Translations under genes and position numbers: made by a program
Source of the DNA: Nageia nagi
Taxonomy: Eukaryota > Plantae > Pinophyta
DNA: 64,000 bases
Reading direction: 5' to 3'
Assembly (NCBI GenBank): GCA_050084985.1
Contig: JBITNC010000001.1
Coordinates: 142,662,001 to 142,726,000, forward strand
The notes under the pieces: model-generated
What the model was told of the DNA's origin: nothing
Databases searched by the model: none
Seen by the model: the letters and a program-made list of their open reading frames with translations, nothing else
In this document: one piece after another, positions 39,601 to 53,929 of the stretch
Layout: every line of letters starts with the position of its first letter
Numbering within the stretch: the stretch's first letter is position 1

Positions 39601-42600
39601 AGTGGTTATCAATTAATCTTGAGAATACCATGGTTAGCTACAATAGATACATTTATTAACTATAGATCAAGAGACATGATTATTTTTTATGGTCATAATT
39701 GCATAATACTCTCTTTATATCCTTCTACCTAACCTACATTTGAATGTCAAGGTATGGATTGATGAAATTGAGTTTATTAAACCATGACATTTTGCAATAC
39801 TCTCTACAATTACTATTAAATAACATGTCAATACTTGAATTATATGAACAAAATACAACTTTATAAATAGTCATAGAGGTTGGTGAGTCATCAAGATCAA
39901 ATATTCAAGATGACATCTTCATTATACCAAATAAAGAATAACCAAACTTCTTATCTTTATTTAAATACCCTCTTACACATATAATTGCAAGAGGGGAGGC
40001 ATTTAGAGAAAGAACAAAGGTATATCATTTTCTATTTCCCCATCCTTGTTCTTTAAATTCTTTAGTATAACTTTTAAATAAAAGCAATTTAAGTAACACA
40101 AGAATTAAAATAATTGAAGTACTCCTAGAAAAGACTTTGAATGTCAATAACTTGTTGATATTCAAATAACAAGAGCAAGCATTCAATATTTTGCAATCTC
40201 ACACTTCATCATTTGCATGGGACTATTCTGATATGAATGGAATTCATCTAGATATTTATACTCATTATATATACACTGATGATTCCATACCTATTAGAAA
40301 ACCACCTAGATAGGCAAATCTAATTCTAGGAGATATTCTACAATAAGAAATTGGAAATTTATTAAAAGTAGGATTCATATATCCTATCTCAGATAGTAGG
40401 TGGGTTTCACCATTGGTAGTTGTCCCCAAGAAAATAGAAAATGGAGAATATTTGTAGACTATAGATGTTTGAATAAGGCTACTCATAGGGATCATTTTGT
40501 TTTTCCATTCATTGATAAAGTCTTAGAAAATCTTATTAGTAAGAAATATTTCTCATTTATTGATGGTTTCAGCAGTTATAATCAAATTTAAATTGCAAAA
40601 TTGAAGGCTATATTTACTTATGCTTCTAAAAATTTTGCTTATCAAGTTTTATCATTTAAATTATTTAATTCTCATGCAACTTTTCAAAGAGTGTATTAGC
40701 CATTTTTACTAATCTAACTAATGATTATGTAGAAGTGTATATGGATGATTTCACAATATATGATACAACTTTTGAAGAAGCATTACACAATATAGAAAAA
40801 TGTTTAGTGAGGTGTGAAACATACAATATATTATTAAGTTATGAAAAATATTTCATGCTCATGATAGAGGGCATTATCTTAGGACACCACAATTCTACTA
40901 AAGTAATTAAGGTGGATCCAAAGAATGTTTCTTGTACATGTTGGTTACTACAGGAGATTCATTTTAAATTTTATAAAGATTGCAGTTCCATTATTCTCAT
41001 TAGTCCATAAAGATAATGAATTTGAATGGAAAACATATTGTGAAAAGGTATTTTATATATTTAAGGAGAAACACATGACTACCCTTGTATTAAGAAATCT
41101 AATTTGGAAGCTACCTATTCATACTAATGCATCAAATTATGCTATTGGAGTAGTACTAGGCCAAGAAGATCAAAATAAAACACATTATTTCATCTACTAT
41201 ATTAGTAAGAATTTAGAGAGGGATGAAAGGAGTTACACCACTACAAAAAAAAAAAAAAAAAAATCAATACTAATACATGCCATCAATAAATTTAGACATT
41301 ATATTTCTAGTTACTAGGTTTTTGTTCACACAAACCATGATGATCTCAAGTATCTTATGAATAAACCAATGGTAAGTAGGAGAATTATAAGGTAGTTACT
41401 TTTATTTCAAGAATTTAATGTGATTATTGTTAATAAATTGTGAAAAGCTAATGCAACAGCTAACTTCTTGTCTAGACTAAGCAGAAATGGAGATAATGAA
41501 CAAGTGCATGATTCTTTTCTTGATGAAAGGTTATTTCCAATCTTTGTACACACACCATGGTTTGCAAATATAGCTAATTACTTAGAAATAAGAAAAATTT
41601 TAGTTTATTTCTATTTAAAATAAAAGAAAAGTTTGATCATAGAAAGCTCAACATTCAAATGGATAAATGGAATAGTATTTAAATGTGAAACTAATTATGT
41701 TCTTAAAAGATACATTTGAAAATATGAAGTCTTTCATGTTTTAAGAGCTTGTCATGATAAACCATCAGGAGGTGATTATTCAAAAAGAGAACAGTCAACA
41801 AAGTTTTGGTACCTAGATATTACTGGCCTTCACTACATAAAGATGTGCAAAAGTATGTATATCAATGTGATCAGTGTCAAAGAATGGGAAAACTTAGATT
41901 CTTATTTTTACATATTATAGCACAAAATGAGTAGAGGTTTGTGTTCTTGCATAAACTAAAGAAGTTTGGAGCCCAGATTCTTAGTATCATATCAAGGACC
42001 ATAGTTTATATCTAATGTGATTAAGCATTTTATCAATCATTATTAGATTAAATATAATAAAGCTTCTCCATGCAATCCATAGACAAGTGGTTAGGTTGAG
42101 ATTACTAATTGAGAATTAAAAAATATTCTTACAAAGACTATAGCATCTTAGTTTATAATGTCACATAGAAATCAACTACAAGATATACCAATAGAATTTG
42201 AGATATGATTGAAACCCAACATAATAGGTTGTTGTGATTGAATGAGTTGGATGAGCAAAAAATTGAAGCATTACAAAATATAGAAATTCTTCAACAACAA
42301 AGAAAAATATGGCATCATAAATGAATGAAACATGTGGAATTCACTCCAAGGAAATGTGGTTTATTATTTTATTCCAAGTATCAAAATTTCTTAGGAAAAT
42401 TACATATCATATGGCTGAGTCCATATCAAATTTTACAAGTCTTTGATAATAGTACAATTCCACTTAAACTAATTAATAACTCTAGTAGAGTCATGTTGGT
42501 AAATGGGCATTGACTATGGCCTTATACTCTACCCATAAATAAAGAAGAATTCACATAACAATTTGAAAAAAGAAGAGCTATGTTTGATTGAGAAATATTT

Positions 42601-45600
42601 ATCTTCCTCAACCAAACAACCTTAATCCATAATAATGTAGAAGAATAAAACTAATTCTAGATATAGAATCAATACATATTTTGAATGGTTAGTCATAAAG
42701 GTAGTCATATAGATCAAAACTAGAAAGCTAGCATTTATCTAGGTGAAAACCTCTATTTCTAATATTCATTATTTATTCTTAATGTGTGTGTGTGTGTATG
42801 AAGATATATATATATATAAGGGTTGTTCCATAATTTGAAGACTAGTTGAATATTCTAATGAATTGCAAGTATATATTACTATTTTTAATGTTTTACCATT
42901 ACTTTAGAATAAATATGTCCTTTTTGAAAAGATTGTTCTAAAGATAAGTGGTCTCTAGTTATAACTTCAAAATTGTAACTACAAAGTCATCAAAGGATAA
43001 AACCAACTTCACAAATAAGGCTTCAGAATATTTAAACACATCAAAGAAACCTATCAAGAATGTCAAAGCAAGGATATGTCATCTATGCTAGGCAAAGAAG
43101 TGGTCACATTGGGAATAAACATTGACCATGTTGCATGTCAACAACAAATCATGTCAAATCCAATTAACTAGCACCCATAAGATATGCATTTAATGGTGGA
43201 GGTATGTATTTAGTTTTAAATTAATAGTTGATTTAAGTCTAAATTAGATCTTAGTAATCTCACACATATTTTGAGTCAAAATAATCTAATTATAGATTAG
43301 GGTGTATCACATGAAGGAGACAAATGTCAAACTTGGAATGGGGAATAAACATGACATACGTGAGTGCCCAATCTGACATGAGATCACATAACTTGGAAAA
43401 AGAATAAAATTAATATGTAATTAATGAACATAACATTTTATACCAGACAAAAAATTTTATCAACTTTCATTTAAAAAAAACTTTAGGGGAATTCAATGTA
43501 GATTCTATAGTTTTCAAAGAGGAAACATAGGGGTAAAGAAGAAGCATGAACTAGAGAGAATAATAGAATTACAAAGAGATAGGAGGGTAGTTAGAGTTTT
43601 CCAAATTTTCATCTTCTTGAATTCTTTAAAAAATTATAAGGTTCCAGTGATTATTTGGTTTTGGATTTTCCAAAAAAATTGAAGAAAATTTTGTGTAGCT
43701 ACGGGGTCATACAATACCCATTACTATTGTGACTATTACTATAGTGTTTAGACTCTCTACAATAGGTGATGGTTTGATTATAAGAGAACAATATGATGCT
43801 TTGCTTGATAGGTTCCACCAAAGAGGAGACTAGATGGTTGAGGAATATATCATGACCATGCATGTATAAGGGATTAAGAGAAAAACTCTTCCAGACCAAT
43901 GGGTAGAGGTGGCATTATGGATTGTCAAATTCCTCACCTGTTAGGGGCACCATGGAGGGATAATGGGTCATCACTTGAAACTAATCACTAATTTAAGATA
44001 TGGATCAAATAAAACTATAACATTCCAAAGTTTTTATATCGAATTCTATAAAATATATCTAGGAGGGTTAGGGCTAATGCAAGAAATAAACTCACTTCCC
44101 TAAAGCACCATGGTTTAGTTACCATGCTTTGTAGACAATACTTCTTAGCCCAAAATAATGGTAAAGAATTATGGATAAGTTTCTTAGGGTATGATCCATT
44201 CTTTGTACCTAGAACCTCAACTATGTAGGAGGAACATTCAAGTATCTCTAGTGAGATTGAATCTAGACCAAATATAAAGGTTCATCTAACATGCACATAA
44301 ATACTCAAATTTGTAGTAGGATCAACTATTACTAACTAGGATAATTACTTGAAACCATTCCAATTCCTAAAAAATGCATGACACTTAAGAAGAAAATATA
44401 GAATCATCTGTATCTTTTAAACAACCACAATATAAAGAGGTTATTTTTAAAGACTCTTTAGCATCCCACTCAACCCTTGTTTGTGCTAGTAATAAGAGAA
44501 GGTTTGAAAGAGGTAAGGGGTCAAAGGTTGAAAAGGTTATAAATTCGAATGAGGAAGATAATTTAAAGTTTTTCATGATGTTTAGGATAAGATATAAATG
44601 GTTAAGGGAGAAGGAAGTGGCTCAAACATCAACTCCCCTAATTAAAAATAATGTAAAAAAGAAACTTTAAAAGAGAAGGAATTTGGATATTTTACAGCCT
44701 TTGAAACCCCTAAATAATTGATAGTATTAGAAGAAAAGAATGATGAAGAACACAAAAATAAAAATGTAGAAATGGAATAATTTTATGTGTAAGAAGAAGG
44801 AATTATTACCCACAAACCACATATTGAGGAAGAATTCGACTCTGTCTAAATGATTATAGTAGCAGCAAGATAATTTCCTAAAGAAACTAAGATACTTGTT
44901 CATGAACTCATTTCTAGAATTCATCTTTTGGAAGAGGAAAATGCAAATATAAATGCTAATAGAAACAAATTGGATATTGAAAATGATAAGCTAGTGATGC
45001 AATGCACATAGTTAACCTTAATACATTTAGAACTTAAGGGAAAACAAAAAGAAACTAAGTCATTAAAATTTCAACTTCAAAATCTAAAATTAAATCACCC
45101 AATTGTAGGAGAGGATGATACTATTATTGAACAAGTGTAAAAATTACTTGAAGGAAAACAAAAGGAAGTTGAAAATTCGAAGATTCATAATATAGATCTT
45201 ACAACACAACTATCAAACATATATGAAGAACATTCTAAATAACTCAAAATACTTAAGAAAGAGATCAAGGATGTGCATTTAATTAAGAAAGATATAATAT
45301 ATCTTTGATTCATTTTCAAAGAGATCATTCAATTAAAATAATCTTCAATTTTATATGATATGTTCTTAAAAATAATAATTTCTCAAATGGCAAGTTGGAA
45401 GAATTAAGCAAGGTATTCCTTACAATATTGATTATGATAAGTTATTTCTTTTTATTTATTCTAAAGAAAAGGGAGAAGAAACATTTTATTGTGTGAATTT
45501 TACATGCATAATTTCATTTTGAATGGAAGTACAAGGTTTTTCCTTTATTTGTATATTAGGGAAATTCAATTACAAGCCTTTGTATAATTTCTATTAAATC

Positions 45601-46260
45601 AAATCAAATGGACCAAAGAGATAGAGGAATATCAATAGAAAACATCTTAGGACACTTTCTTTGTTCATAAACAACCCATGTATTTTGGAATAGCATAAAC
45701 TAGCTTTCAAATAGTTCTTACTAAGAATAATAATGCAAAGAGGTATAAAACTATGCCCAATATTTATTTATAAGACTGCTAGAGTGGTATTGATAGACAT
45801 TTTGAAAGGGCTTTACAGGCATTCATAATTAAGTGGAATATGTAGACATAAGAGTATTAGGATATGGAGACAATCAATATAAGGAACCTAAATTATAGCA
45901 AAAGAAGGATTGAAGCATTGATTAGGTACATCAGGGAAAATCCCTTGAATTAGTGTGGCCAACTGTATAGAGCTCCTATAATTTTGTATCCAATACAAAT
46001 ATTTGTAGATTTTTAGATTCAAGATGATTTTGGTTTTAGAGCATGGATGTTAGAGATTAGAACTACTAGAGGGATATGGTATCTATAGGATAAACTTGAT
46101 TTATTTTATAAAAATGTTATGTTTCCTACAGGTATGAGCCATCTTATACATGAGACAATACAACCCTATGATTTGAATCAACTGATGAAATTTTCCAATG
46201 ATCTAAACATGAATAGATGAATTTTTTATTTCTCCAATATAAGAAATATTCTAATTTATG

Positions 46261-47385
46261 GAGAAATGAGATCCTTTTTGTTATAATTCTATGAATGTAT
46301 TTTGTTACTTGGAACACTATGGGATACTATTGTTATGTTTTAGCTTATATGACTATTATATTTAAAAGTAAACACATATTTTCTTTTATCTTCATTAATT
46401 AGATGTTGTTAATGATTGTTATTATATTTGAATATTGAAAGTTTATATTTTTAATCAAGTAATAATAATGTGATTTAAGTAAGAAACAACTTTAGAATTA
46501 GTTTTAGATGAACAAACTTCAAAAATAGCTTCAAAATGTTTGAGCTCCAAAATTAACTAAAGAATAACAACTTTAGAATATCTTTAAAAATGGATAGCTT
46601 TATAATCTTTCCAATAGGAAGCTTCAAAAATAGAACATGATGGCATAAAGTGTTTTGTTTCCCATGTGTCACTTTCTATAAATATTTCACAACTCTAGCA
46701 GAAGATTGTAATGAATTTCAAGATTATTTTCTAGAAGGATAACCAATGAAACTAAAGAAGTGGAAAATAAGTAACAAATAAGAAAAATTCAAGATAGACT
46801 TAAAATTGATTAAATTTCAAGATTTTTCAACAATTTTTATTCTTACTTAATCTTGTTTCTATATATATCTAAACAAGTTATAGGCTAAATTAGGATTCCA
46901 TTTTAAATAAACTTATGAGTCACAAGAATGTAATCAATTAGCATTTAATATTTTATTAGAGTTTTTAGAATAAATTAGCCATATTCCTTTAGAATAAGGC
47001 TAGTTAACATTATGAATTAAAAACCCTAAAGTTTATTTGGAGATTGTATTTTTCTAGTTTTTGAAGAAGTTAATACAAGCATCTTTCATCCTACATTTTT
47101 GAACTTCTATTCATGAGTTATGTTGGAAGGAGGAGGGCCTACTTTGACCAACTATAGTATCTAATATTTATTATCATGATTCAATATATTACATTATATA
47201 CTAAATTATTTGTTTAAATCTGATTGTGTATGTGTGATTTCCTAAGAAGAGTTTAGTTTGTTTCTAGTATAAAGTTACTATTTTTTCATTATATCCATAA
47301 TATTTAGAATAGAGTGTTACTTGCATATAACCTTAGAACACCAACCTAGGATTTGATAAACTAAGTGATGAATTGATACACATCA
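46261..47385 (+). repeat. Athila-like 3' LTR
   Basis: Direct repeat of the 5' LTR, ending CACATCA and followed by aactc. Confidence 0.9.
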
Positions 47386-48008
47386 AACTCTATTAGCATG
47401 CCACAACCTTCTTTTATTAACAACTTCCTCATCTTCAATGGCATCAACTACATAAGATTTCTCTATAACTGGTAATTCACTAATAAATTTATGCTTATTT
47501 TCTTTGTAATTGTATATTTTTGAAAATTTTATCATTATTAAATTGTGCAATGATATCCTCCTCAACTAAAATAGTAGGAATATTTTTATTTAGTGGATTT
47601 TGAATTCCTTCATTATTAGATTCAACCCTCTAATTGACTATCCTTTTCGAGTTATTTGAACTATTTACAAAACTTTCCTTATCTGAAGGACATTAAATAT
47701 TGAATTTTTTAATTAGTTTTCCTTAGAGTTTGATAGATTATTATTTTTTTAAATTCTCACACTTCACCTTAGATATTGGAAAGAAATGCAATATTTCATA
47801 AGCTTCCTTCATTTTGGAGCTTTCTTAACTACAGGGTTAGTAGAATCATAAGAAATATTTGTATTTTCATTACTTGTAACAAAAAGTTTCTTCAAAAGAT
47901 AATGTGTAAACAAGACCTTTAATAGGTTTGACATTGTATTAGAATTTTAGTGTAGGTTCAAGAGCATTTATGTCCAATCCTGTTTAAGAGAAGGATATGC
48001 TATAAAAA

Positions 48009-48019
48009 GGTGGGTGCCA
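48009..48019 (-). other. Primer-binding site of the host element (tRNA-Lys type, CpG-decayed)
   Basis: TGGCACCCACC versus TGGCGCCCACC, 1 nt from the LTR-terminal CA. Confidence 0.75.
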
Positions 48020-48183
48020 ATGTGATGTTAATGTTTTTAGAACCCTTAGAACTAAATCTAAGTGAAACTAGTAAACATCCAACATTTAAGTATATTTTAT
48101 CCTTGTTATTAACTTTAATAAATATACAATATAATAATTTTGAACCCAAATTGATATAATAGTGTAATTACAGAACTAGGGCT

Positions 48184-51100
48184 TGTGGCATCCCCTTTAT
48201 CTAGTTGTAATTAATTATGGGGTCTAATAGGATCCTCTTGTAATATATTTTATTAATGTATTGTACTTTCATGTTTATAACTTAGGATAGGAGACTTAAT
48301 GGGTCAATGAACCCCATTGTGAGCCCTAGGTGGAATGTTTCCATCTTGATCTTAGATTAGATGTTCTTATTATACTTGGAGATCATGATACATGATTTTA
48401 GGATTCCTAAGGTATATTCAGAGTCTAGTGTATGGATAAGCACTTAATGGATCCAACATTGAGATTGGGAGCATTTGTACACTAGTTCCAATCTTAGGGA
48501 GACTTTTAGACCCCCACATTGGCCCTTGATATTGAATTTCCCCCCTAAGTGCCCACACATGCCACTTAGACCCATGCATGTATTCCTATGTTGATGTGGA
48601 GAATTAGGGAGGTTCAGATACCAATGTTGAGAATAGACTAATCCCTAGGTGCCAATATTGGACCATGAGGAGATTAGGTGATGATATTGAGGTGTAATCT
48701 AGACTAAGGAAGGTTATATTAATCCTTGGAGTCTCATTATTGGATATACTTGATCATTATTACTTTCATATCATCCAAAGGAAAAAAAATATTAGTAGTG
48801 CTAAGCAACCTTCCTAGGTGTAGTATCTAGATGGAATTTAGGTTGAGGGATCCTATTTATCTATGGCACTGGTGTAGCACCTTTTCCCATTTGATGGTAT
48901 TCCAAGGTATTACTTTAACCTTTAGTGGTTATCCATAGTTTGAGGAGGACTCCTTTGGTGAAGAGGATTATTATTTTGAGAAGGTGTACTATCCTAGGGT
49001 TTTGATATTATTCTAGTAGTGAGAGACACATTGTATTGCCCTAGTTGGCTCTTAAGAGTCCAACATCAACCCTTCTAAGCATGGTATTGTAATCATCATC
49101 ATTCTATATCACTCATATAGTTGAAAGGGCATTGTATCTCATATTTGTATTTTAATTATTACTCTTGTACATTCATTGGGTGACCATTACTTATTTATAC
49201 CTATATGAGCCAACCATTAGCATTGTAAAGTGATTTCATTGTAATATGTTAGATGTTGGTGTATGGATGTTGTAAATGCTTGATCCTATATCCCTAGCTT
49301 AGACATGGGAAATTTTGTATTGTATATACTTGTATATGATTCCCTAGGCCTAATGTCATGGTTATTGTAATTGAATTTGTTGATTTTTCTTTGAATTACA
49401 TTTTGTATCATCACAAGTGGTACCAAAGATAAGATCTAGCTAGCCTATACATAAGACCTTTAGTACATTGTTACTACACTAGATCTAGCACTCGTAGAGG
49501 AGATAGAATCTTTTAGGAAAAGAAGATCACACATAGAAGAGGAACCTGCAAGAGCCTTCCATGAAGAGGATAGATGATCTTGGATGGAGGAATTTCTAAA
49601 TGAGGGTGTATTTGAGGATGAAGCGGAGGCACAAAGAGAAAGATAGAGAGCCACCAAGAGGAGGAGTTAAACTATAGTTAGGGAATCCACCCTGGAATGC
49701 AAGTTTGATGAAATTATTTTGGCCATTCACAACATGAACATAATGGTCACCACTATGTAGTATCAATTGAATAGGCATCTTAGTTTTTAAGATGATCCAA
49801 AGAGGTAGAATACTCCCCCACATCACACCAAGGAGGAAAGAGAGACCCTATGCCATACTAGGGATGATAGAGAGGGCCTATATCACACTAGGGATGATAA
49901 AGAGGCTCCATGTAATACTAATGATAATAGAGAGGAGCTATCTAAGGAGGATTGTGTAGATCAAGGGCTAAGCATGAGGAGATCTTGAAGTTTGAGGGAT
50001 CAAGAGTCAACCCACCATGGGTCAATGGAGCATCTAGAGGCCACATTTTTGAGGTACCACTCACATCAAGCACCCCAATGTACACACCCTCTCTAAGGGA
50101 GGTACCTAGAGGACATTGGAAGGATGGAGGAGTAGCATGTTATCCCAAAATTATCCAAGCCCATGTTCGTAATGAAGGCCAAAGAGGAGACAAAGAGTAA
50201 AGTTACTTACACATTAGATCTAATCATATTTTTAGGGATTATTATATGGTAGATCTAGGGTTGATAAGATACTTTAATTTCAATGGCTACCTAGAGATTT
50301 TGGGGTTAAAGGGAAGCAGTACGTATGGCCTACACACTTCTTGAAATTTATGGGATGAGAAGGACCTATAGCAAAAAATCAATAAAGTGATCGTACAAAT
50401 GTATGATGGGAAGAGAATGATATGTATGGCATGGTTGCATTAGTTGCATATATATTTCACTATGAGTCATTTATATAAGAAGTTTATTAGGGGTTTTTTA
50501 ATACCTTAGAAATTTAATTATGACTTTTGTAAAATTAGTTCTCCATTGCATAACATTACAATAAAGAAGAATAGGTTTTAACTGTGAAAGAAGCAACAAA
50601 TTTATTTTAACTTATTGAAGAAAAAGGTCAATAATACCCTTGTTTTGACACTTCCTAATTTGTAGTATCCCTTCAAAATTTAAATTTATGTAAGTGAGTA
50701 TGTTATGAGTGTAGTATAGATGCAAGTAAGGTGACCAAGTTTTTAGTATTTCAAGAAGTTTAATGGAGTAGTTTTAAATTTTCCTATATATGATAAAGAG
50801 TTATTTGTATTATTCTAACCTTTGAAGAAATATAAGCATGATGTAATGGATATTAATATATTATCCATATTGATCATCAACCATTATAATATTTATAATC
50901 TCAATCTAAATTATAACAAACAAGGAATTTTTGTTAGATGGATTTCCTACAACACTTACATATGATCATTAAGTACAAGAAATACATTAATAAATAAATT
51001 GTAATAATGCTTTTTAGACCTCAAATTTCAACATTCATAGCATTGGCTCCATGTTCTACTAATTTTACAGCATTAACATCATGTTAGTAGAATAATTTAG

Positions 51101-52400
51101 CTTCTTTCTCAATAATGAAAATTTATCCATTTATCTATGAAGAATATTAGGAGGCTTTTTTACAAGATCAATATTTTGAATAGGTTTATCAAAAGATGGA
51201 ATAATTATCATAATGATATTGTAAGCAAATGGATGATTTATACCTTAATTTGTTTTATGTAAATTCAATAATTTATGTATTCTTCAAGGATAGAGGATTG
51301 AATTGATTAGAGAAGTACATATATCTTAAATGTTTGGACATTTTGAAGGTGGGAAGATATTTGTTAATTTGTTAAGGTATATTTCTTCCTAGTTTATTAA
51401 GGTATATATTAGCAATAAATACAAAATCATTATATGATTTGTAATGTGTTCTACTAGAAAACTAAGAAATAGGAAATTAGGTTCTATATGCCATTTCTAG
51501 TTTGTAATTATCATTGGGAGAGTATTTAAATGCATTTTGTGGGTGTTTTTTCCTATTTCTATGAGATGACATGATTATTTATTTATAGTGATGGATATAT
51601 TTAACATTATGTGTATTTTAATTTGATATAAGAAGACTATTATTGAAGAAGAAGTAGATGACCTCTTCTTTGATAATGTATGATTTCATTTTAGGTTACC
51701 TACTTATATTCTTTTAGATAGAGATTCTAGACTTTCATGAAAATTTTAGAGTTGTTTATCGATAAGGATGAATACAAGGTTCAAGAGAAGCATTAAATTT
51801 CATCCTTAAATTGATGAACAAAATGAGGTAGTGAATAGAATAATAGTTTTAATTTTGATAGGGAGTTGTGGCAAGTATAAAAAAACCTAGGAAGAATAAC
51901 TTTCATATATCCAACATTCATACAATAGGATCTTTAATATTTGTACAAATAAAAATCCATTTGATACATATTTTGGTTACCTTATACCATCATGTTTTAA
52001 TTATATTATAGGGCATCAAAAGTAAAGAGAAGAATTAATCTTGAGAAAGAAGAAGAGCAATATGAAAAATACATTGATATAATTGGGCATATTCATTTTA
52101 TAATTCAAGGAAAACTCAAAGCTTTCCAATTAAAGTACAAATTAATACATGATAAGTATATAGTTGACTATAAGTTCAAAGTGGAAGACAACATTTGGTT
52201 ATATCTCATTAAGGATAGGGTACATGGATCGACTATTAAGTTGAAACTTAAAAGCATGAATCATTTGATATTATTGAATAAGTGATTGATAATGTATTTA
52301 TATTGAATCTAAATACTTATATGACTATCGATTTATATGTTAATGTGGAGAACTTGAAGTTATTTGAGTCATTTACGTTTTTCCATTACTTGATGATTTA
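48184..52400 (+). mobile_element. Chromoviral (CRM-like) Ty3/Gypsy element, 3'-truncated and with the RT core deleted, inserted in the host 5' LTR
   Basis: 5' LTR TGTG..CACA at 48184-49415 and Met-type PBS TGGTACCAAAG at 49418-49428. RH YDKELF..HIDHQPL; INT WESI..HDYLFIV..DRDSR..FHP..EVVNR..YIQHSYNR..VNVENLKLFE. No 3' LTR was found. Confidence 0.85.
49835..49940 (+). repeat. ~30 bp tandem repeat, 3-4 copies, in the gag region
   Basis: ctagggatgatagagagggcctatatcaca-like units. Confidence 0.7.
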
Positions 52401-53929
52401 TTTTTAAACACTATGAATATAAATGGAAAATATTTCATACTACATGTAGTATAAATCTATTTTACTCATGTATTATAAATCTATCTTTTAGCAATGAAAA
52501 ATGGTCTTTCCCTTATATAATTTACCTCCTTGCTTTATATATGTGATCAATTTCTTATTGGTTTTGATGTTTGTGCTTCCTAGTGTTTTGGTATTTGATC
52601 TCACTAGTATAATTATAGTTGTATTTATGGAAACTAAGTTATGATTGTTAATGTATTGTAGAAATGACCCTAAGTGAAAATACACTAGGGTTGATCTCAT
52701 CTTAAGGTATTTCATGGACCACTTTCCCTTCCTTATATTATGGTTAATGGCTACACCTCCTTAAATGAGTTATTCCTTTCATGTTATCAGTAGATTAGTC
52801 ATTTTTAAATAGGCTCACTATTGCAAATATGGGCACATAGGCCTTAAGGTCTTTTCCTATCTCTTTCTTGCATCCCTATACCTTTTAACATTCATTATTT
52901 CCCTCTCTTTATTTTAATATTTGACCTTTTATTAAGTTCTCCCCATAGCAATGGGGTAAGATCTGACTTCTAAACTAGTGGTTGGAGGATTTTTCCTCTA
53001 TCCAATGCTTGGCCAATGTAGGTTACACTTTGCCATTCAATAATTATTAATAATAAATAATATACTAGCCTATATATAATAATTTTATTATTTTAAAATA
53101 TATATCAAAGTATTTATAGTATATGTACTATATAATGTAAATAATTGATATTAATATATATAGATACACATAAAACTATTATATTAAATATACTAAAATT
53201 ACCTTATTATTTAATTAACTTATATACTTGAGATCTATTAGAATAAAACTCTTTTACTATGAGGTGGATTAGTACATTCATGATACTAGTAGGATTGTTT
53301 ACGCTAAAAATAATGAAATTAGTTTATGATAGAAGTGGTCCCAACTATTCGATATGGAGCTTTGATTAGAATCTCATAAAAACTATTTTGTATTCATAAA
53401 GATAACTTAATTAAAGGCATTTTTTAGGGGACAATTTTAAATCATCTCAAGTTAGGATTTTGGTTGTACTTTTGGTGTGTCTATGTGTGGGAGGGTGGTC
53501 TAAAGTGCACCAACAAAGAATAAGTATGTTGTTTAAAACCACCCTTCAATGTCAAATAAAAATAAAAATAGAAAATCTCATGAGAGGAACTTAAGTGGGT
53601 ACATGGAAAGTATCAAAATTGTCGAGGAGAGAAAAGGTTAGGGGTTATAGGATAGTACATGAGGGGAGATGCAAGGTGAGAATATTATGTAACATATATC
53701 CTTTTAAATGATTTTTACACTTTATATTCTTCTACATTTTAAAAAATATATGTCTAGGGTTTAACACCTAATAACCATTTTAAATTTTTAGGCCTTGAGA
53801 GGGTGAAGGTGAGGTAGGTTATCGAGTGGAGAGATGATGTGCAATAAGAAGAGGTTCCTATGTAGTAGGTATCCTTTTATATTTTGAAAAGAACATGTAT
53901 ATAAGGGTTTAACACCTAAAATTAAATTT

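Larger units (their letters stand above)
35543..47385 (+). mobile_element. Athila-like Ty3/Gypsy element, degenerate, with extra 3' ORF(s)
   Basis: LTRs at 35543-36677 and ~46261-47385 both end CATCA; TSD atctc/aactc; decayed tRNA-Asp PBS. Domains: gag KLFPSTLKD..RWF..QxEEESLKDYLNRF; protease LGASINVM; RT FIDGFSSYNQI..YMDDF; RH TNASNYAIGVVLGQ; INT with internal deletion. Confidence 0.92.
20185..48183 (-). mobile_element. Host Tat-like LTR retrotransposon lacking pol (gag + antisense PMD ORF), interrupted by nested insertions
   Basis: 3' LTR ~20185-20989 with PPT AAAGAGGGGCATT (20990-21002). A matching 5' LTR fragment lies at 48021-48183, with PBS TGGCACCCACC. The gag frame reads across the inner insertion (KLFPMSLTG..KKVIFHD|FIKIRQKEG*SIESFIEYW). 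Confidence 0.8.

Noticed and set aside
46183-46260. TGATG at 46183 as the start of the Athila 3' LTR
   Set aside because: No PPT precedes it, it lies inside the extra ORF frame, and LTR homology only begins at 46261.
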